From Candidatus Hydrogenedentota bacterium (GTDB lineage: Bacteria > Hydrogenedentota > Hydrogenedentia > Hydrogenedentales > SLHB01): 64,000 nt of DNA. The stretch covers positions 224,001 through 288,000 of the forward strand of contig CAXXYE010000001.1 of assembly GCA_963674865.2 (NCBI GenBank). Reading direction: 5' to 3'. The stretch's first letter is position 1. Every line of letters starts with the position of its first letter. Shown here in pieces: positions 36,476 to 46,445 of the stretch. The position numbers and the translations under genes are program-made. Under the pieces are notes generated by a model, which was given only the letters and a program-made list of their open reading frames with translations, did no database searches and was not told where the DNA came from.

Positions 36476-38136
36476 CGCTGAACATACGGGACTATGCCTT
36501 AATCGATGAACTCGAGGTCGAACTCGGGCCCGGCTTCAACGTGCTCACCGGTGAAACCGGTGCGGGCAAGTCCATCATCGTCGGAGCGTTGGGACTCGTT
36601 CTTGGCGCGCGGGCTTCGAGCGATGCCGTGCGCACCGGTGCCAAGGAGGCGCGTATCCAAGCGGCCTTCAGAATTTCGCGGCCCTCCCGTCGCCTGGCAA
36701 GCCTGTTGAGGCAGCACGACGTGGCTCTCGAGGACGGCCAACTGGTTCTCTCGCGGGTGATCACCGCGGAAGGCCGCAGCCGCGGGGCCGTGTCCGGCGC
36801 ACTCGTGCCCGTCGGCACGCTCAGGGAGATTGGCGATGAGCTTGTGGATATCCACGGCCAGCACGAGCACCAGTCCCTTCTCAAATCGGATCGCCAACTC
36901 GACCTGCTCGACGCTTTCGCTGCCGTCGAGCAAGAGGTGTCGGACCTCCAGGAGGTCGTTCGGGACCTGCGGAATATTGAGAAGCAGATCGAAGCTCTGG
37001 AGGCGGATGATCGCGAACGTGCGCGCCGGGCGGAGTTCCTCCGATTTGAGTTGACTGAGATTCGTGCGGCCGGCCTGCACGCGTCCGAGGAGGAGGAACT
37101 GAGGTCTCGGCACAAGATCATCGCGAATGCGGAGAAGCTCTTCGAACTGGCCAACTTGGCCAATATGGCGCTGTACGAGGGAGAGGAGCGCTCGGCAATA
37201 GACGCTATCGACGGCGCACTCGACAACTTAGATGAGCTTGCGGCCATCGATGAGCGCTTCAAGCCTACCGCGGAGCAATTGCGCGCGGCCCGGGAGAGTG
37301 TGGCGGACGTCGCGTCCGAATTGCGCCGCTACGGCGACGAGCTGGAGTTCGATCCAGCCGAACTGGATGTCCTTAACGAGCGGCTCGCACTCATCGGTAG
37401 CCTTAAGCGCAAGTACGGCGATTCGATTCCGGCGATCCTTGAGTACGCGGAGAATGCGGCCCGGGAACTGGATGTATTTGATGGCCGCGACCAAAACCTC
37501 GCGGAATTGAGGGAGAAGCGAAGCGCCCTGCTCAACGGTGCTCAAGAAGTCGCGGCGGGCCTCTCCAAGACGCGCCGCGCGGCCGCAAAGAAGCTCGATA
37601 AACAGGTTACCGCCGCGCTCGCGGACCTGGGGATGCGCGGGGGGCGTTTCGAGACGCGGATCGAGGCGGTCGACCTCGGGCCCAACGGTATTGACAGTGT
37701 CACGTTCTTACTGGCGGCCAATCCGGGCGAGGAACTCAAGCCTTTGCGACTCGTTGCTTCGGGGGGCGAGATATCGCGGATTATGCTGGCGCTCAAGGCC
37801 GTCTTCGCCGAGGGGGACAAGATTCCGACGCTCATTTTCGATGAGATCGATGCGGGCGTGGGGGGGCATATTGCCCGCAAAGTCGCGGCCAAGTTGCGGG
37901 ATCTGGCGGAATCCCACCAGGTTGTCTGTATCACCCACATCGCCCAAATTGCCGCCGCGGCCCAGAGCCATCACACCGTGGCCAAGCACGAGCGCGAGGC
38001 GAGAACCACTACGGCGGTCGTACGCGTCAAGGGCAAGGCTCGTGTCGAGGAGATGGCGAGGCTGTTGGACGGCTCCATCTCGGAGGTCAGCCTCAAGCAT
38101 GCCCGCCAGTTGCTGAAGTCCGGCGGGCAAGATTAG
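36466..38136 (+). CDS. recN: DNA repair protein RecN
   Basis: LTGETGAGKSI, IHGQHEHQ, ASGGEISRIMLALK, IFDEIDAGVGG, CITH. Confidence 0.97.
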   Translation: MLEALNIRDYALIDELEVELGPGFNVLTGETGAGKSIIVGALGLVLGARASSDAVRTGAKEARIQAAFRISRPSRRLASLLRQHDVALEDGQLVLSRVITAEGRSRGAVSGALVPVGTLREIGDELVDIHGQHEHQSLLKSDRQLDLLDAFAAVEQEVSDLQEVVRDLRNIEKQIEALEADDRERARRAEFLRFELTEIRAAGLHASEEEELRSRHKIIANAEKLFELANLANMALYEGEERSAIDAIDGALDNLDELAAIDERFKPTAEQLRAARESVADVASELRRYGDELEFDPAELDVLNERLALIGSLKRKYGDSIPAILEYAENAARELDVFDGRDQNLAELREKRSALLNGAQEVAAGLSKTRRAAAKKLDKQVTAALADLGMRGGRFETRIEAVDLGPNGIDSVTFLLAANPGEELKPLRLVASGGEISRIMLALKAVFAEGDKIPTLIFDEIDAGVGGHIARKVAAKLRDLAESHQVVCITHIAQIAAAAQSHHTVAKHEREARTTTAVVRVKGKARVEEMARLLDGSISEVSLKHARQLLKSGGQD

Positions 38137-38235
38137 GAATCTGGCCAGAAAGCACTTGTGAGTCCTCTTGTCTCAATGTTCAGGATGCTCAGTTCCCGTC
38201 ATTTGGTGGCTTTCTGGCCGCACTCCTAGCCGTGT

Positions 38236-39189
38236 CTAGGGGCGTATCTCTGTCAAGGTGAGAGTCTCGACGGCGGCGCCGCGCACATTGGACACGACCA
38301 CCCGCACCTGCTCAATGTCTTCCACTAGGGCGTCTAGGCAATGCAGGTCGGCCTCGATGTGCACGGATTGGCCGGAGGCAATGGTGAAGGGGCTGCTGCC
38401 GCTCACGGGCCCCCCGCGATAGCGCCAGCAGTCCTCCGAGGCCGTTACGAGCCGGAAGTGGTCGTCACCCGCTTGGCGCACGTGCATCGCCACGCCATAG
38501 GTGGGCGAGTTTGCCCATAGCACGGGCTCTCCCTCGGGCCATGGTACATGCCAAAGAACCGGTTTGTGGCCGAGGTTTTCGCAAGTCACTTGGACTCGGC
38601 CGCTACCGGGCGCCATCTCCTCAATCGTGAAGAAGACGGCGTCGCCAACGGGAACCAGAATGAGGAGCGTCCAAGCCGCCGCTAGAATTGCCGCGCCGAT
38701 GCCCACCAGGATGAGGACGCGCCGCCATGATAGGCGCCCCGTGGCAGCGGCGCCTGGTGCGTTGAAGCCTGCGAGGTAGGCATCGAGGGGCTGGTCGATG
38801 AAGCCTCCGAGTTCGACCGCGGCGCGCGCGTTTGTCAGTCGCTGGTTTTCACTCAGTTCAGCCTCGATGAGAGATAGGTCTTGCGACAGCGCGCGGTTAG
38901 CGTTGTTTGCCGCCGCCGCATCCATACTGCCCCGCGCGGCGCGCTCGACAAGGCGGGCCCGCTGCTTGACGGCGCGGCCGAGGCGTTTCCGCAACGCCTT
39001 GCGTTCAGCCGCGAGGCGCTTTCGGAGACGCGCCGCGGCCTGTTGGGCGGCCTTCGAGACTTGTTTCAGCGATTCACGTCGCTGTTCATCCCGATTCCCG
39101 GGGGTGGCCGCTTCCGCGAGCAGGTGAGCGCACTTCTCCTGGCAGGACAGTGCCAAGCGAAGTCGCTCTCGCGCGTCGAGGTCAGCCAC
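38236..39189 (-). CDS. Hypothetical coiled-coil / single-TM protein
   Basis: 317 aa, coiled-coil N-terminus, one TM, beta-rich C-terminus; overlaps the pyrG stop. Confidence 0.75.
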   Translation of the reverse strand: MADLDARERLRLALSCQEKCAHLLAEAATPGNRDEQRRESLKQVSKAAQQAAARLRKRLAAERKALRKRLGRAVKQRARLVERAARGSMDAAAANNANRALSQDLSLIEAELSENQRLTNARAAVELGGFIDQPLDAYLAGFNAPGAAATGRLSWRRVLILVGIGAAILAAAWTLLILVPVGDAVFFTIEEMAPGSGRVQVTCENLGHKPVLWHVPWPEGEPVLWANSPTYGVAMHVRQAGDDHFRLVTASEDCWRYRGGPVSGSSPFTIASGQSVHIEADLHCLDALVEDIEQVRVVVSNVRGAAVETLTLTEIRP

Positions 39190-40813
39190 GTGTCTCCTTA
39201 TGCGCCAGGGCGGCCTTGACGAAATCGCGGAAGAGCGGCTGGCAGGAGAGCGGCGTGCTCTTGAACTCGGGATGGAACTGGACGCCGCAGAACCACGGAT
39301 GGTCCTTCAACTCGCAGATCTCGACCAACTCCTGATCGCCCCGGTGGTGCAGGCCGCTGACAACCAGCCCGGCCGCGCCTTCAAGGCGCTCGCGGTAGGC
39401 GTTGTTGAACTCATAGCGATGCCGGTGACGCTCGTGTATGACGTCCTTCCCGTAGGCGGCTCGGGCCTTTGTGCCGTCTTGAAGCTCACACCGGTACGCG
39501 CCCAGGCGCATCGTGCCGCCCATGTCCTTCACGCCTCTTTGCTCGGACAACAGGGAGATCACTGGATCCGGCGTCTTGGGATTGAACTCCGTCGAATTCG
39601 CCTCGGGGAGATTCAGGCGGTTCCGCACCATCTCGATGACGGCGATCTGCATGCCGAGGCAGATGCCGAAGAAGGGGATGTTTTCTTGCCGCACGTATTT
39701 CATCGCGCGGATTTTTCCCTCGATGCCTCGCCCGCCGAAGCCCGGGCCGATCAGTACGCCGTCGAACGCGGCGAGTACATCCTCAGGTTGCTTCCCCTGT
39801 TCAAATTGCTCGGAATCTACCCATTCGAGGACTACTTGGCAGTCGTTGGCGATTCCTGCGTGAGAGAACGCTTCGTTGATGCTCTTGTAGGCGTCATCGT
39901 GGGCGATGTACTTGCCAACGGCCGCGATCCGGACCTCGCCTTTCGAGTTCTTCATCCGCTCTACCATGGAGCGCCACTCGTCGAGGTTCTTTGGTTTGGC
40001 CGTCATATTGAGGACGCGCAGCACCGTTTCGTCGAGGCCCTGCTCGGCCAAGTTCAGCGGGATGGCGTAAATGGGGGAGATGTCCCGCGCCTCAATCACG
40101 GCATCGCCGCCCACGTCGCAGAAGAGGGCCACCTTCTGCCGCTGGCTCTCGCCGAGGGCATGGCCGCCCGTCCGGCAGACGATGACGTTAGGCTGGATGC
40201 CGATATCGCGCAAGGCCCGAACACTGTGCTGCGTCGGCTTTGTCTTGAGTTCGCCGGACGCGTCGATGAAGGGAACCAGCGTTACATGGATGTAGCAGCA
40301 CTCGTTGGGGCCCAGGTCCAACCGGAACTGGCGGATGGCTTCGAGGAAGGGCAGCCCCTCGATATCGCCGACGGTTCCGCCAATCTCGATGATGGCTACA
40401 TCGGCGTCGGCGTCGGCTTCCGTGGTGAGCATGCGGACACGCGCCTTGATCTCATCCGTGATATGCGGAATGACTTGGACGGTCTTTCCCAGGAACTCGC
40501 CCCGCCGCTCCTTCTGGATGACGGCATTGTAGATGCCGCCCGTGGTGACATTGCTCTTCTGGGACAGGTTGGCGTGAGTAAACCGCTGGTAGTGGCCGAG
40601 ATCGAGGTCGGTTTCCGCACCGTCATCCGTCACGAACACCTCCCCGTGTTCGTAGGGGTTCATCGTGCCCGGATCCACGTTGATGTACGGATCCATCTTC
40701 ATTATGGCCACTTTCAGGCCTCGTGACTCGAGCAGGACGCCCAGGCTTGCCGCGAGCACGCCTTTCCCTACCGACGACACAACGCCTCCCGTAATAAACA
40801 CATACTTCGCCAT
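39182..40813 (-). CDS. pyrG: CTP synthase
   Basis: KYVFITGGVVSSVGKG, DPYINVDPGTM, GICLGMQ, ERHRHRYE, QFHPEFKS. Confidence 0.98.
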   Translation of the reverse strand: MAKYVFITGGVVSSVGKGVLAASLGVLLESRGLKVAIMKMDPYINVDPGTMNPYEHGEVFVTDDGAETDLDLGHYQRFTHANLSQKSNVTTGGIYNAVIQKERRGEFLGKTVQVIPHITDEIKARVRMLTTEADADADVAIIEIGGTVGDIEGLPFLEAIRQFRLDLGPNECCYIHVTLVPFIDASGELKTKPTQHSVRALRDIGIQPNVIVCRTGGHALGESQRQKVALFCDVGGDAVIEARDISPIYAIPLNLAEQGLDETVLRVLNMTAKPKNLDEWRSMVERMKNSKGEVRIAAVGKYIAHDDAYKSINEAFSHAGIANDCQVVLEWVDSEQFEQGKQPEDVLAAFDGVLIGPGFGGRGIEGKIRAMKYVRQENIPFFGICLGMQIAVIEMVRNRLNLPEANSTEFNPKTPDPVISLLSEQRGVKDMGGTMRLGAYRCELQDGTKARAAYGKDVIHERHRHRYEFNNAYRERLEGAAGLVVSGLHHRGDQELVEICELKDHPWFCGVQFHPEFKSTPLSCQPLFRDFVKAALAHKETRG

Positions 40814-41245
40814 TTAGCCTTCCCCTTTCTCCGCAATCTTGAGCAATGCCGCCACCTTCCGCATATCTTCAGGGGTATCCACCCCGATGCCTCCGTAATC
40901 CGTGCCCGCAACCGCCAAGACCTGTCTGCCCCTGCATTTTTCCGGCAGAAGTGAAATGCCAACATTTTGACTTACGCCACTGGCCCGCTGTGAGTTGTTC
41001 GAGGTTTCTAGGCGGGGTATGCGGTGGCCTCGCGTAACATAGCGGGAAATCCCGCCCGGAAACATGCAATTCGATGTGGCGCCAGCCGTCATTTGCGGCA
41101 TCCGCGAGGTCGCCAAGGCGTGTTCGTATGCGTGGATGACGAGGGATTTGCTGGCCAGAAGGGCGATGACTTTGCCGGGAAAACGGATAGAGGCAAATCG
41201 GGCGGGGATAACTGCCAATACCTTCCGGCCCGCCCCAAATGCCAT
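40814..41245 (-). pseudogene. kdsB: Degraded CMP-Kdo synthetase
   Basis: N-terminal VIPARFASIRFPGK and C-terminal GVDTPED kept; central part missing; RDF..YA...LEQL remnant in another frame; canonical position before pyrG. Confidence 0.8.
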
Positions 41246-41587
41246 TAAAGCCGCCTATTCCAGATGCACGAATCCCATAACCACTTGCCAGTACATAGGT
41301 TAGGAGCTGAGGAAGGGTGTCCCGTTTCCTAACGGGATTTTACTCTACCACAGCCCTCGGCGAGTTTGCAATGGGATATTTGGATTTGGCCAGAAGACCT
41401 TTCCCAAGGGCCTCTTCCGCGATAGCTCGCCCGCGAATCAGCCGCAAGAACGCGCTCTACCGAGCACGTGACGGCGATGAGACTGGGCCGAGGAACCTTC
41501 CGAGCCAGTCCTTCGTACGTGTTTCGTCGGCACAGGAGTCCTCCGCCTCGGAGATTCACAATCCGCCCTGACTCGCCCTAGAATTGG

Positions 41588-44356
41588 CTATCGTAAGGCC
41601 GGGGGGGGCGTGCCTCTGTCTTGCCCCCGCTGTTCTTCGCACGTAAGCGTGAAGGTCTCTCCGGTTGTCTCGTCCTTGATCTGGATGCAGGCCTTTTCAG
41701 GCTCGATGTGCAGTAGTTGGTAGCGCTCGAATCTGTCCTTCTCACGGTACCAGTTGTATGCGCCCGATGCGAAACCAACCTGCGCCCGGGACGTGCCATC
41801 CGGCATCACTCGGATGCGGATTAGCCGGAGCCCGGCCGTCTCTTTCGCACGGATCTCCTGAGCCTCGACGGCTTCTGCCTTTCCCGCGGTTGTCTCAATG
41901 CCTTCCCGAGGGCCGATACCTTCCTTGAACGACTCCTTGTCGGCCGCCTCGCCTTCGGAGCCCGGCAGGGGCGAGGTCACCCTGATCACGCGGCCGGTTT
42001 TCAGACGTTTCAAGAGCACGACGAGGTCGCTACCCTCGGAGTATACATCGAGCACATGCATATAGTAGGGGCCGGCAATGATATCATCGCGTGGGTAAAC
42101 CGGGCTGATACTGATGCACTCGCCCGTGGCGGGAATCGTTACGCTTAAGGCAGCATGTGGTGCCCCGGCACCTCTTCCGAGACAAGTCCCGCCATACACA
42201 GTGGGAAGTCCACATCTTATCTCAGGTTCGTCAGTGGCGACGCCGTAGGAGTCGCATAGCATCATCTCCGGACTGGAAATCCAGATGAACTCAGGTTCGA
42301 CGCGCCACGCCAGGCTCGATGAGTTTCCTAGCATATTGAGGATTTCGTGGAGAGCAAGACCTTCACCCCCGGCGAATATGGCCCCAACGAATCCGTCACC
42401 GAGGTGCACCATCCCAGTGGGGCCACAGCTCCGCCAGCCAGCCCTTTCCCAAGGCAGCGCCGTCGGACTTGACGCCTCGGGCGGCTCGACTATCCTCTGG
42501 TCGACGATGATGCTCAGCCCCGCTTCCTCGGAGAGGCGCGCGCAGACGTCCTGGAGGTGCTCATGCTCAAACTCTCCGTGGACGCGCGAGGACAGCGCTT
42601 TCCATGTGGCGCTTGTCGGATCCGCCATGTCCGTGGCCGGAGGCGATTGGCTTCGAACGTTGTTGAGCGAAGTTACCCATATGTAACCTGGGTCGGTTGA
42701 GAAGGTCAGATTAAGCGGACGTAGTAGTGCCTCGAGAGCGCCGGCCAAGGTGATGTTCTTCAATCTCACACGGCGCACAATACCGTCTGTCACGTATGGG
42801 GCAGCCTCGTGGTCCGCGGCCCGCCTGCGTTCGGTATGCTGCCCGGCAGATCTGCATGGCTCGACGACCCGGTAGTCGATAACGATCTCTATATCCAACG
42901 GCTTACATAGAGTCTCGCAGATGCTACCGATGTGTTCGTTTTCAAACTGAATATCCACGGGAGCTTGCAGCGCTTCCTCCAGTGCCGGATCTGCGTTGCG
43001 TTCAGCGAGGTGTCTGGCCTTGGCCGTGTCGGTTGTAGGCGCATGCGTTTCCGTTACCGGCTGGACGCTGGGTGTGCCTGGCTCGGAATGGCCGGCTGCG
43101 GGTGCTGACGTTTCGTCGTCGTCCGACTCGGACGACTCCTCAGGCGCCGCCGTCTCCGTCGTCGCCGTGAGTGTCTCCACGGCCGTTGCCTGTTGGCCGC
43201 CGTCGTCCTCGTCCGTCGCGGTGGCGGCCTGCCATGCGGGCAGCGCGGCCAGCAGGAGCGTCGCGGCAAGTGCCGTGCCCTGCCAGGATAGCTTGCGCGG
43301 AAGGTTGTCGTGGAACAGCATGGTGAGTCGCTCTTGGAATCCCAAGCGGATATCTGCGCCCAAGGCGAGGGTAGCGGTGGGAACCGCTTTCTCCACGCCC
43401 GCCTCGAACACGTCAATCAACGCCTCGGCGTATTCGCGTCGGCCGTCCGGGGCCGCCCAGACGGCCCAGGCGTCGCAGGCCAGTTCGGCGTTCTCGCGAA
43501 GACGCCGCCGGGCGCACCAGGCAATTGGATTCCACCACCACAGGCACGTCGCGGCCAGTTTGAGCCAAGCCACCCAGTGGTCGCGCCGTTTGAGGTGGGC
43601 CAACTCGTGGGCCAGCACGCCCGGCCAACGCGTCTGCGGCAGGGAGGCAACCAATGACTCGGGGAGGAGCAGCAGCGGCCGGCCCAGGCCCCAAAGGAAA
43701 GGCGAGTGCGCCCCGGAAATCGTTCGCACCTGAGGTTTGCGGACTTCGAGTCTGCTCGCGGTATCGGCAAGGAGTTCCTCGAGCCAACCTGGAGCAGGCT
43801 TTCCACCCAATGCTAACCGATGGATGCGCAGGATGCGTCTGAGTTGGACAAGGCACACGGCGGCCATGCCGATGAGCCAAATCTCCACCAGAAGCGCGCG
43901 GGGCGTGAAGGCGGCCCCCAGTCCTGCGAAGCGTGTGGGTGACGAGCTGCGAGGCGATATGGCCACCGGCGTCGACGCAGGCTGAGACAGCGTCCCCTGC
44001 CGTGTGGTTGTCGCGAGTTCCGGCGATGCCAACACCGTGTCGCTTTGCCGCGGGAGTGGCGCCGATGCCGAGATGTACGCCTCCACACGCATTGGCGCGC
44101 GTACCTCGGAATAGGCCGGGGCAGGCGTCTCCACATGCGCCGGCGCGGGAACCGACGCGCTCAAGCCGACGGGCGCAATGTGTACCGGAAGCGCCCACGG
44201 CCAAGCCATGACAGGAGGCAAGAGCAACTTGACTATAACCACGAGCCACAGGGCGTGCCGTGCGGCCGGCTTGAGCCGTCCCAGGCGGCAAGCGAGCGCG
44301 ACAACCACTGCCAGAATCCCCGATACCACCGTGCTTTGAATGACCCACGTAGCCAT
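41588..44356 (-). CDS. BlaR1/MecR1-like M56 peptidase sensor with two STN/secretin-N-like domains
   Basis: RHALW, AHELAHLKRRD, WWNP..W, ELACD; repeated PV...FE.EH...I.D.R.VEP...L..L...L...V.P..IW.SS units. Confidence 0.88.
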   Translation of the reverse strand: MATWVIQSTVVSGILAVVVALACRLGRLKPAARHALWLVVIVKLLLPPVMAWPWALPVHIAPVGLSASVPAPAHVETPAPAYSEVRAPMRVEAYISASAPLPRQSDTVLASPELATTTRQGTLSQPASTPVAISPRSSSPTRFAGLGAAFTPRALLVEIWLIGMAAVCLVQLRRILRIHRLALGGKPAPGWLEELLADTASRLEVRKPQVRTISGAHSPFLWGLGRPLLLLPESLVASLPQTRWPGVLAHELAHLKRRDHWVAWLKLAATCLWWWNPIAWCARRRLRENAELACDAWAVWAAPDGRREYAEALIDVFEAGVEKAVPTATLALGADIRLGFQERLTMLFHDNLPRKLSWQGTALAATLLLAALPAWQAATATDEDDGGQQATAVETLTATTETAAPEESSESDDDETSAPAAGHSEPGTPSVQPVTETHAPTTDTAKARHLAERNADPALEEALQAPVDIQFENEHIGSICETLCKPLDIEIVIDYRVVEPCRSAGQHTERRRAADHEAAPYVTDGIVRRVRLKNITLAGALEALLRPLNLTFSTDPGYIWVTSLNNVRSQSPPATDMADPTSATWKALSSRVHGEFEHEHLQDVCARLSEEAGLSIIVDQRIVEPPEASSPTALPWERAGWRSCGPTGMVHLGDGFVGAIFAGGEGLALHEILNMLGNSSSLAWRVEPEFIWISSPEMMLCDSYGVATDEPEIRCGLPTVYGGTCLGRGAGAPHAALSVTIPATGECISISPVYPRDDIIAGPYYMHVLDVYSEGSDLVVLLKRLKTGRVIRVTSPLPGSEGEAADKESFKEGIGPREGIETTAGKAEAVEAQEIRAKETAGLRLIRIRVMPDGTSRAQVGFASGAYNWYREKDRFERYQLLHIEPEKACIQIKDETTGETFTLTCEEQRGQDRGTPPPALR

Positions 44357-44404
44357 CACTATTCCTCCCACCTCATCATTCTATGTCGCCACGAAGCGGG
44401 CCGC

Positions 44405-44803
44405 TCAGGAATCCGTGCCTGTATCTCCCCCATCAAGATGCTCCAGCATGTTTCGGAATCCCGCGATGTCTTCTTCCGAAAGCTCGCCCTCGTCGAGCAG
44501 GGCCATAACCAGGGGCGTCGTTGTGCCGCCGCAGAACTGCCCGGCCAATTCCTTGAGCCGCTGGCCCAGGAGTCTCTTCCTGGTAACGGCCGCGCTGAAA
44601 ACGTGCGCCACGCCACCCTTCTCACGCGCTACGTAGCCCTTCTTTTCAAGGCGATTGAGCAGCGTCTGAACCGTGGTGTATGCCCATCGATGGCGCCGCG
44701 CCCGCAATTCGTCGGAGAGTTCACGCACTGTCCCTGGCCCGCGATCCCACAGAGTCTCAAGTACCGCAAATTCCGTATCGCTGACTGCCGGCTTCCGCTT
44801 CAT
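44405..44803 (-). CDS. BlaI/MecI/CopY family repressor
   Basis: SDTEFAVLETLW, WAYTTVQTLLNRLEKKGYV. Confidence 0.93.
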   Translation of the reverse strand: MKRKPAVSDTEFAVLETLWDRGPGTVRELSDELRARRHRWAYTTVQTLLNRLEKKGYVAREKGGVAHVFSAAVTRKRLLGQRLKELAGQFCGGTTTPLVMALLDEGELSEEDIAGFRNMLEHLDGGDTGTDS

Positions 44804-44837
44804 CTCTGCCTGTTCCTCCGCGCCTGTTTTTGGGCTC

Positions 44838-44884
44838 CTACAGATTGTAGTTAAATCTTACTACATTCTGTAGGAGTCCGTCAA
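44838..44884 (-). promoter_or_regulatory. Tandem BlaI-type operators overlapping a sigma70 promoter
   Basis: CTACAgatTGTAG (44838-44850) and CTACAttcTGTAG (44861-44873); minus strand TTGACG-18 bp-TAAGAT. Confidence 0.85.
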
Positions 44885-45032
44885 CAGGAAAAGCTGTTCT
44901 CAATGAAGGTGTTCGCCAATCGGCCCGATCGCTCCCGCGCCGTGGGGCGGGTGATCATGCTTGGAGCAATGAGCAGCATGGGCCGCTCAGAGGACTAGGT
45001 TTGAAGTGAGGGGAGTGTTTGCAGCGCGGTCG

Positions 45033-46442
45033 TCAGGCAGCGCCGCGGCCTACCACGACGGCTCCGAAGGTCTTGAAGAGGATCAGGAAATCTTGCCAGA
45101 GACTCCAGGAATCGATGTACTGGAGGTCCAGCTCGACCCATTCTTTGAAGTTTACATCGCTCCGGCCGCTGACCTGCCATAGGCCGGTCATGCCGGGGCG
45201 CACGCTGAGGCGCCGCCGCTGGTCCCAGTCGTACTTGGCCACCTCGGCGGGAATGGGCGGGCGCGGCCCCACGAGGCTCATCTCGCCCTTCCACACGTTG
45301 ATGAGCTGGGGAAACTCGTCGATGCTGTACTTCCGTATGAAGGCGCCCAAGCGCGTAATCCGGGGATCTTTGCGGATCTTGAACACCGGGCCATCCGCCT
45401 CGTTCTGCGCTTCGAGTTCTTTCCTGAGGGCCTCGGCGTTCGACACCATCGAACGGAACTTGATCATTTTGAACCGGCGCTGGTTGCGGCCGACGCGCTC
45501 TTGCCGGAAGAACACAGGGCCTTTGGAATCCAGCTTGATCAAGATGGCCAGCGCAAGGAACGCGGGCGATAGCAGCGCAAGGAGGATGGAGGAAACCGTG
45601 AAGTCGACGGCCCGTTTCAGCGCCAGGCGGGCCTGATCCTCAGGCACGGCCGACAGCGATAGCAGGGGAATCTCCGTTACGTACATGGACAGATTTCGCG
45701 CACACCGGCGCTGAAACAAATCGGCCTCTACGTTAACCGGGATGTGCCGCCCCTCGCAGACGCGCACGATCTCCTGCACCGCGTCATAGAAGGAGCCGAG
45801 GGGTAGCGTCACATAGACTTCGTCTACGTCGTGTTCCCGGCACACCTGGCGGAAGTCGGCGCATCGCCCCAGATAGGCCACGCCGTGTGCTACCAACTCC
45901 TTTGCTCGCTCGCGGTCATCGTCCAGAATGCCGAGAATGCGGCATCTCTTGTGCTGCCGCAGGGCATCGAGCAGCGCGTGGGTGCGGCGGTTTGCCCCCA
46001 CGAGCAGAACCTGCGCTTCCCCGGCGTCTTCTGCCGCGAGGAACGCGCGCCGGGCGATGGTGCGCCAGACGAGAAGGGTCAAGACGCTTCCCGCACAGAA
46101 GGTCGTCAAGAATGCCCGGCCGATACCGCCCGGTGTGAGCGCCGCCATGAGGAATGTGGCGACTACGAACGTGAGCGCCGCCGTCCTGGCATCGGAGCGC
46201 AGTGGGCTTGCGGCAATGCATGTGCGGTGACGCGAGCGGGCGTACTGATCCGCTGCCGCGCCGATCCAGCACGCCAAGAGGATCAACATGTGGGGCAGGT
46301 GCTTTGTGGCGTTATCGGCAAACGCAGTCTGTCCGTATGCTGTGCGGAGCGCGGCGAGATAGGCGAGAGGTATGATGAGACACTCGACTGCAAAGAGAAT
46401 TGCCCAACGCTCGAGCCCGTCTCTTTTCGCAGTGCCCGCCAT
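45033..46442 (-). CDS. Polyprenyl-phosphate sugar phosphotransferase (WcaJ/WbaP-type priming enzyme)
   Basis: KFRSM, DPRIT, IDEFPQL.NV..GEMSLVGPRP, RPGMTGLWQVSGR. Confidence 0.93.
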   Translation of the reverse strand: MAGTAKRDGLERWAILFAVECLIIPLAYLAALRTAYGQTAFADNATKHLPHMLILLACWIGAAADQYARSRHRTCIAASPLRSDARTAALTFVVATFLMAALTPGGIGRAFLTTFCAGSVLTLLVWRTIARRAFLAAEDAGEAQVLLVGANRRTHALLDALRQHKRCRILGILDDDRERAKELVAHGVAYLGRCADFRQVCREHDVDEVYVTLPLGSFYDAVQEIVRVCEGRHIPVNVEADLFQRRCARNLSMYVTEIPLLSLSAVPEDQARLALKRAVDFTVSSILLALLSPAFLALAILIKLDSKGPVFFRQERVGRNQRRFKMIKFRSMVSNAEALRKELEAQNEADGPVFKIRKDPRITRLGAFIRKYSIDEFPQLINVWKGEMSLVGPRPPIPAEVAKYDWDQRRRLSVRPGMTGLWQVSGRSDVNFKEWVELDLQYIDSWSLWQDFLILFKTFGAVVVGRGAA

Positions 46443-46445
46443 TGT

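Noticed and set aside
39200..40726. Long antisense ORFs (508 aa opposite pyrG; also 31019-32689, 6657-7832, 57234-58286)
   Set aside because: Shadow frames of real genes caused by high-GC codon bias; no motifs
41317..41580. Short ORFs between kdsB remnant and the M56 gene
   Set aside because: No RBS or recognisable motif; may be decayed sequence but cannot be assigned
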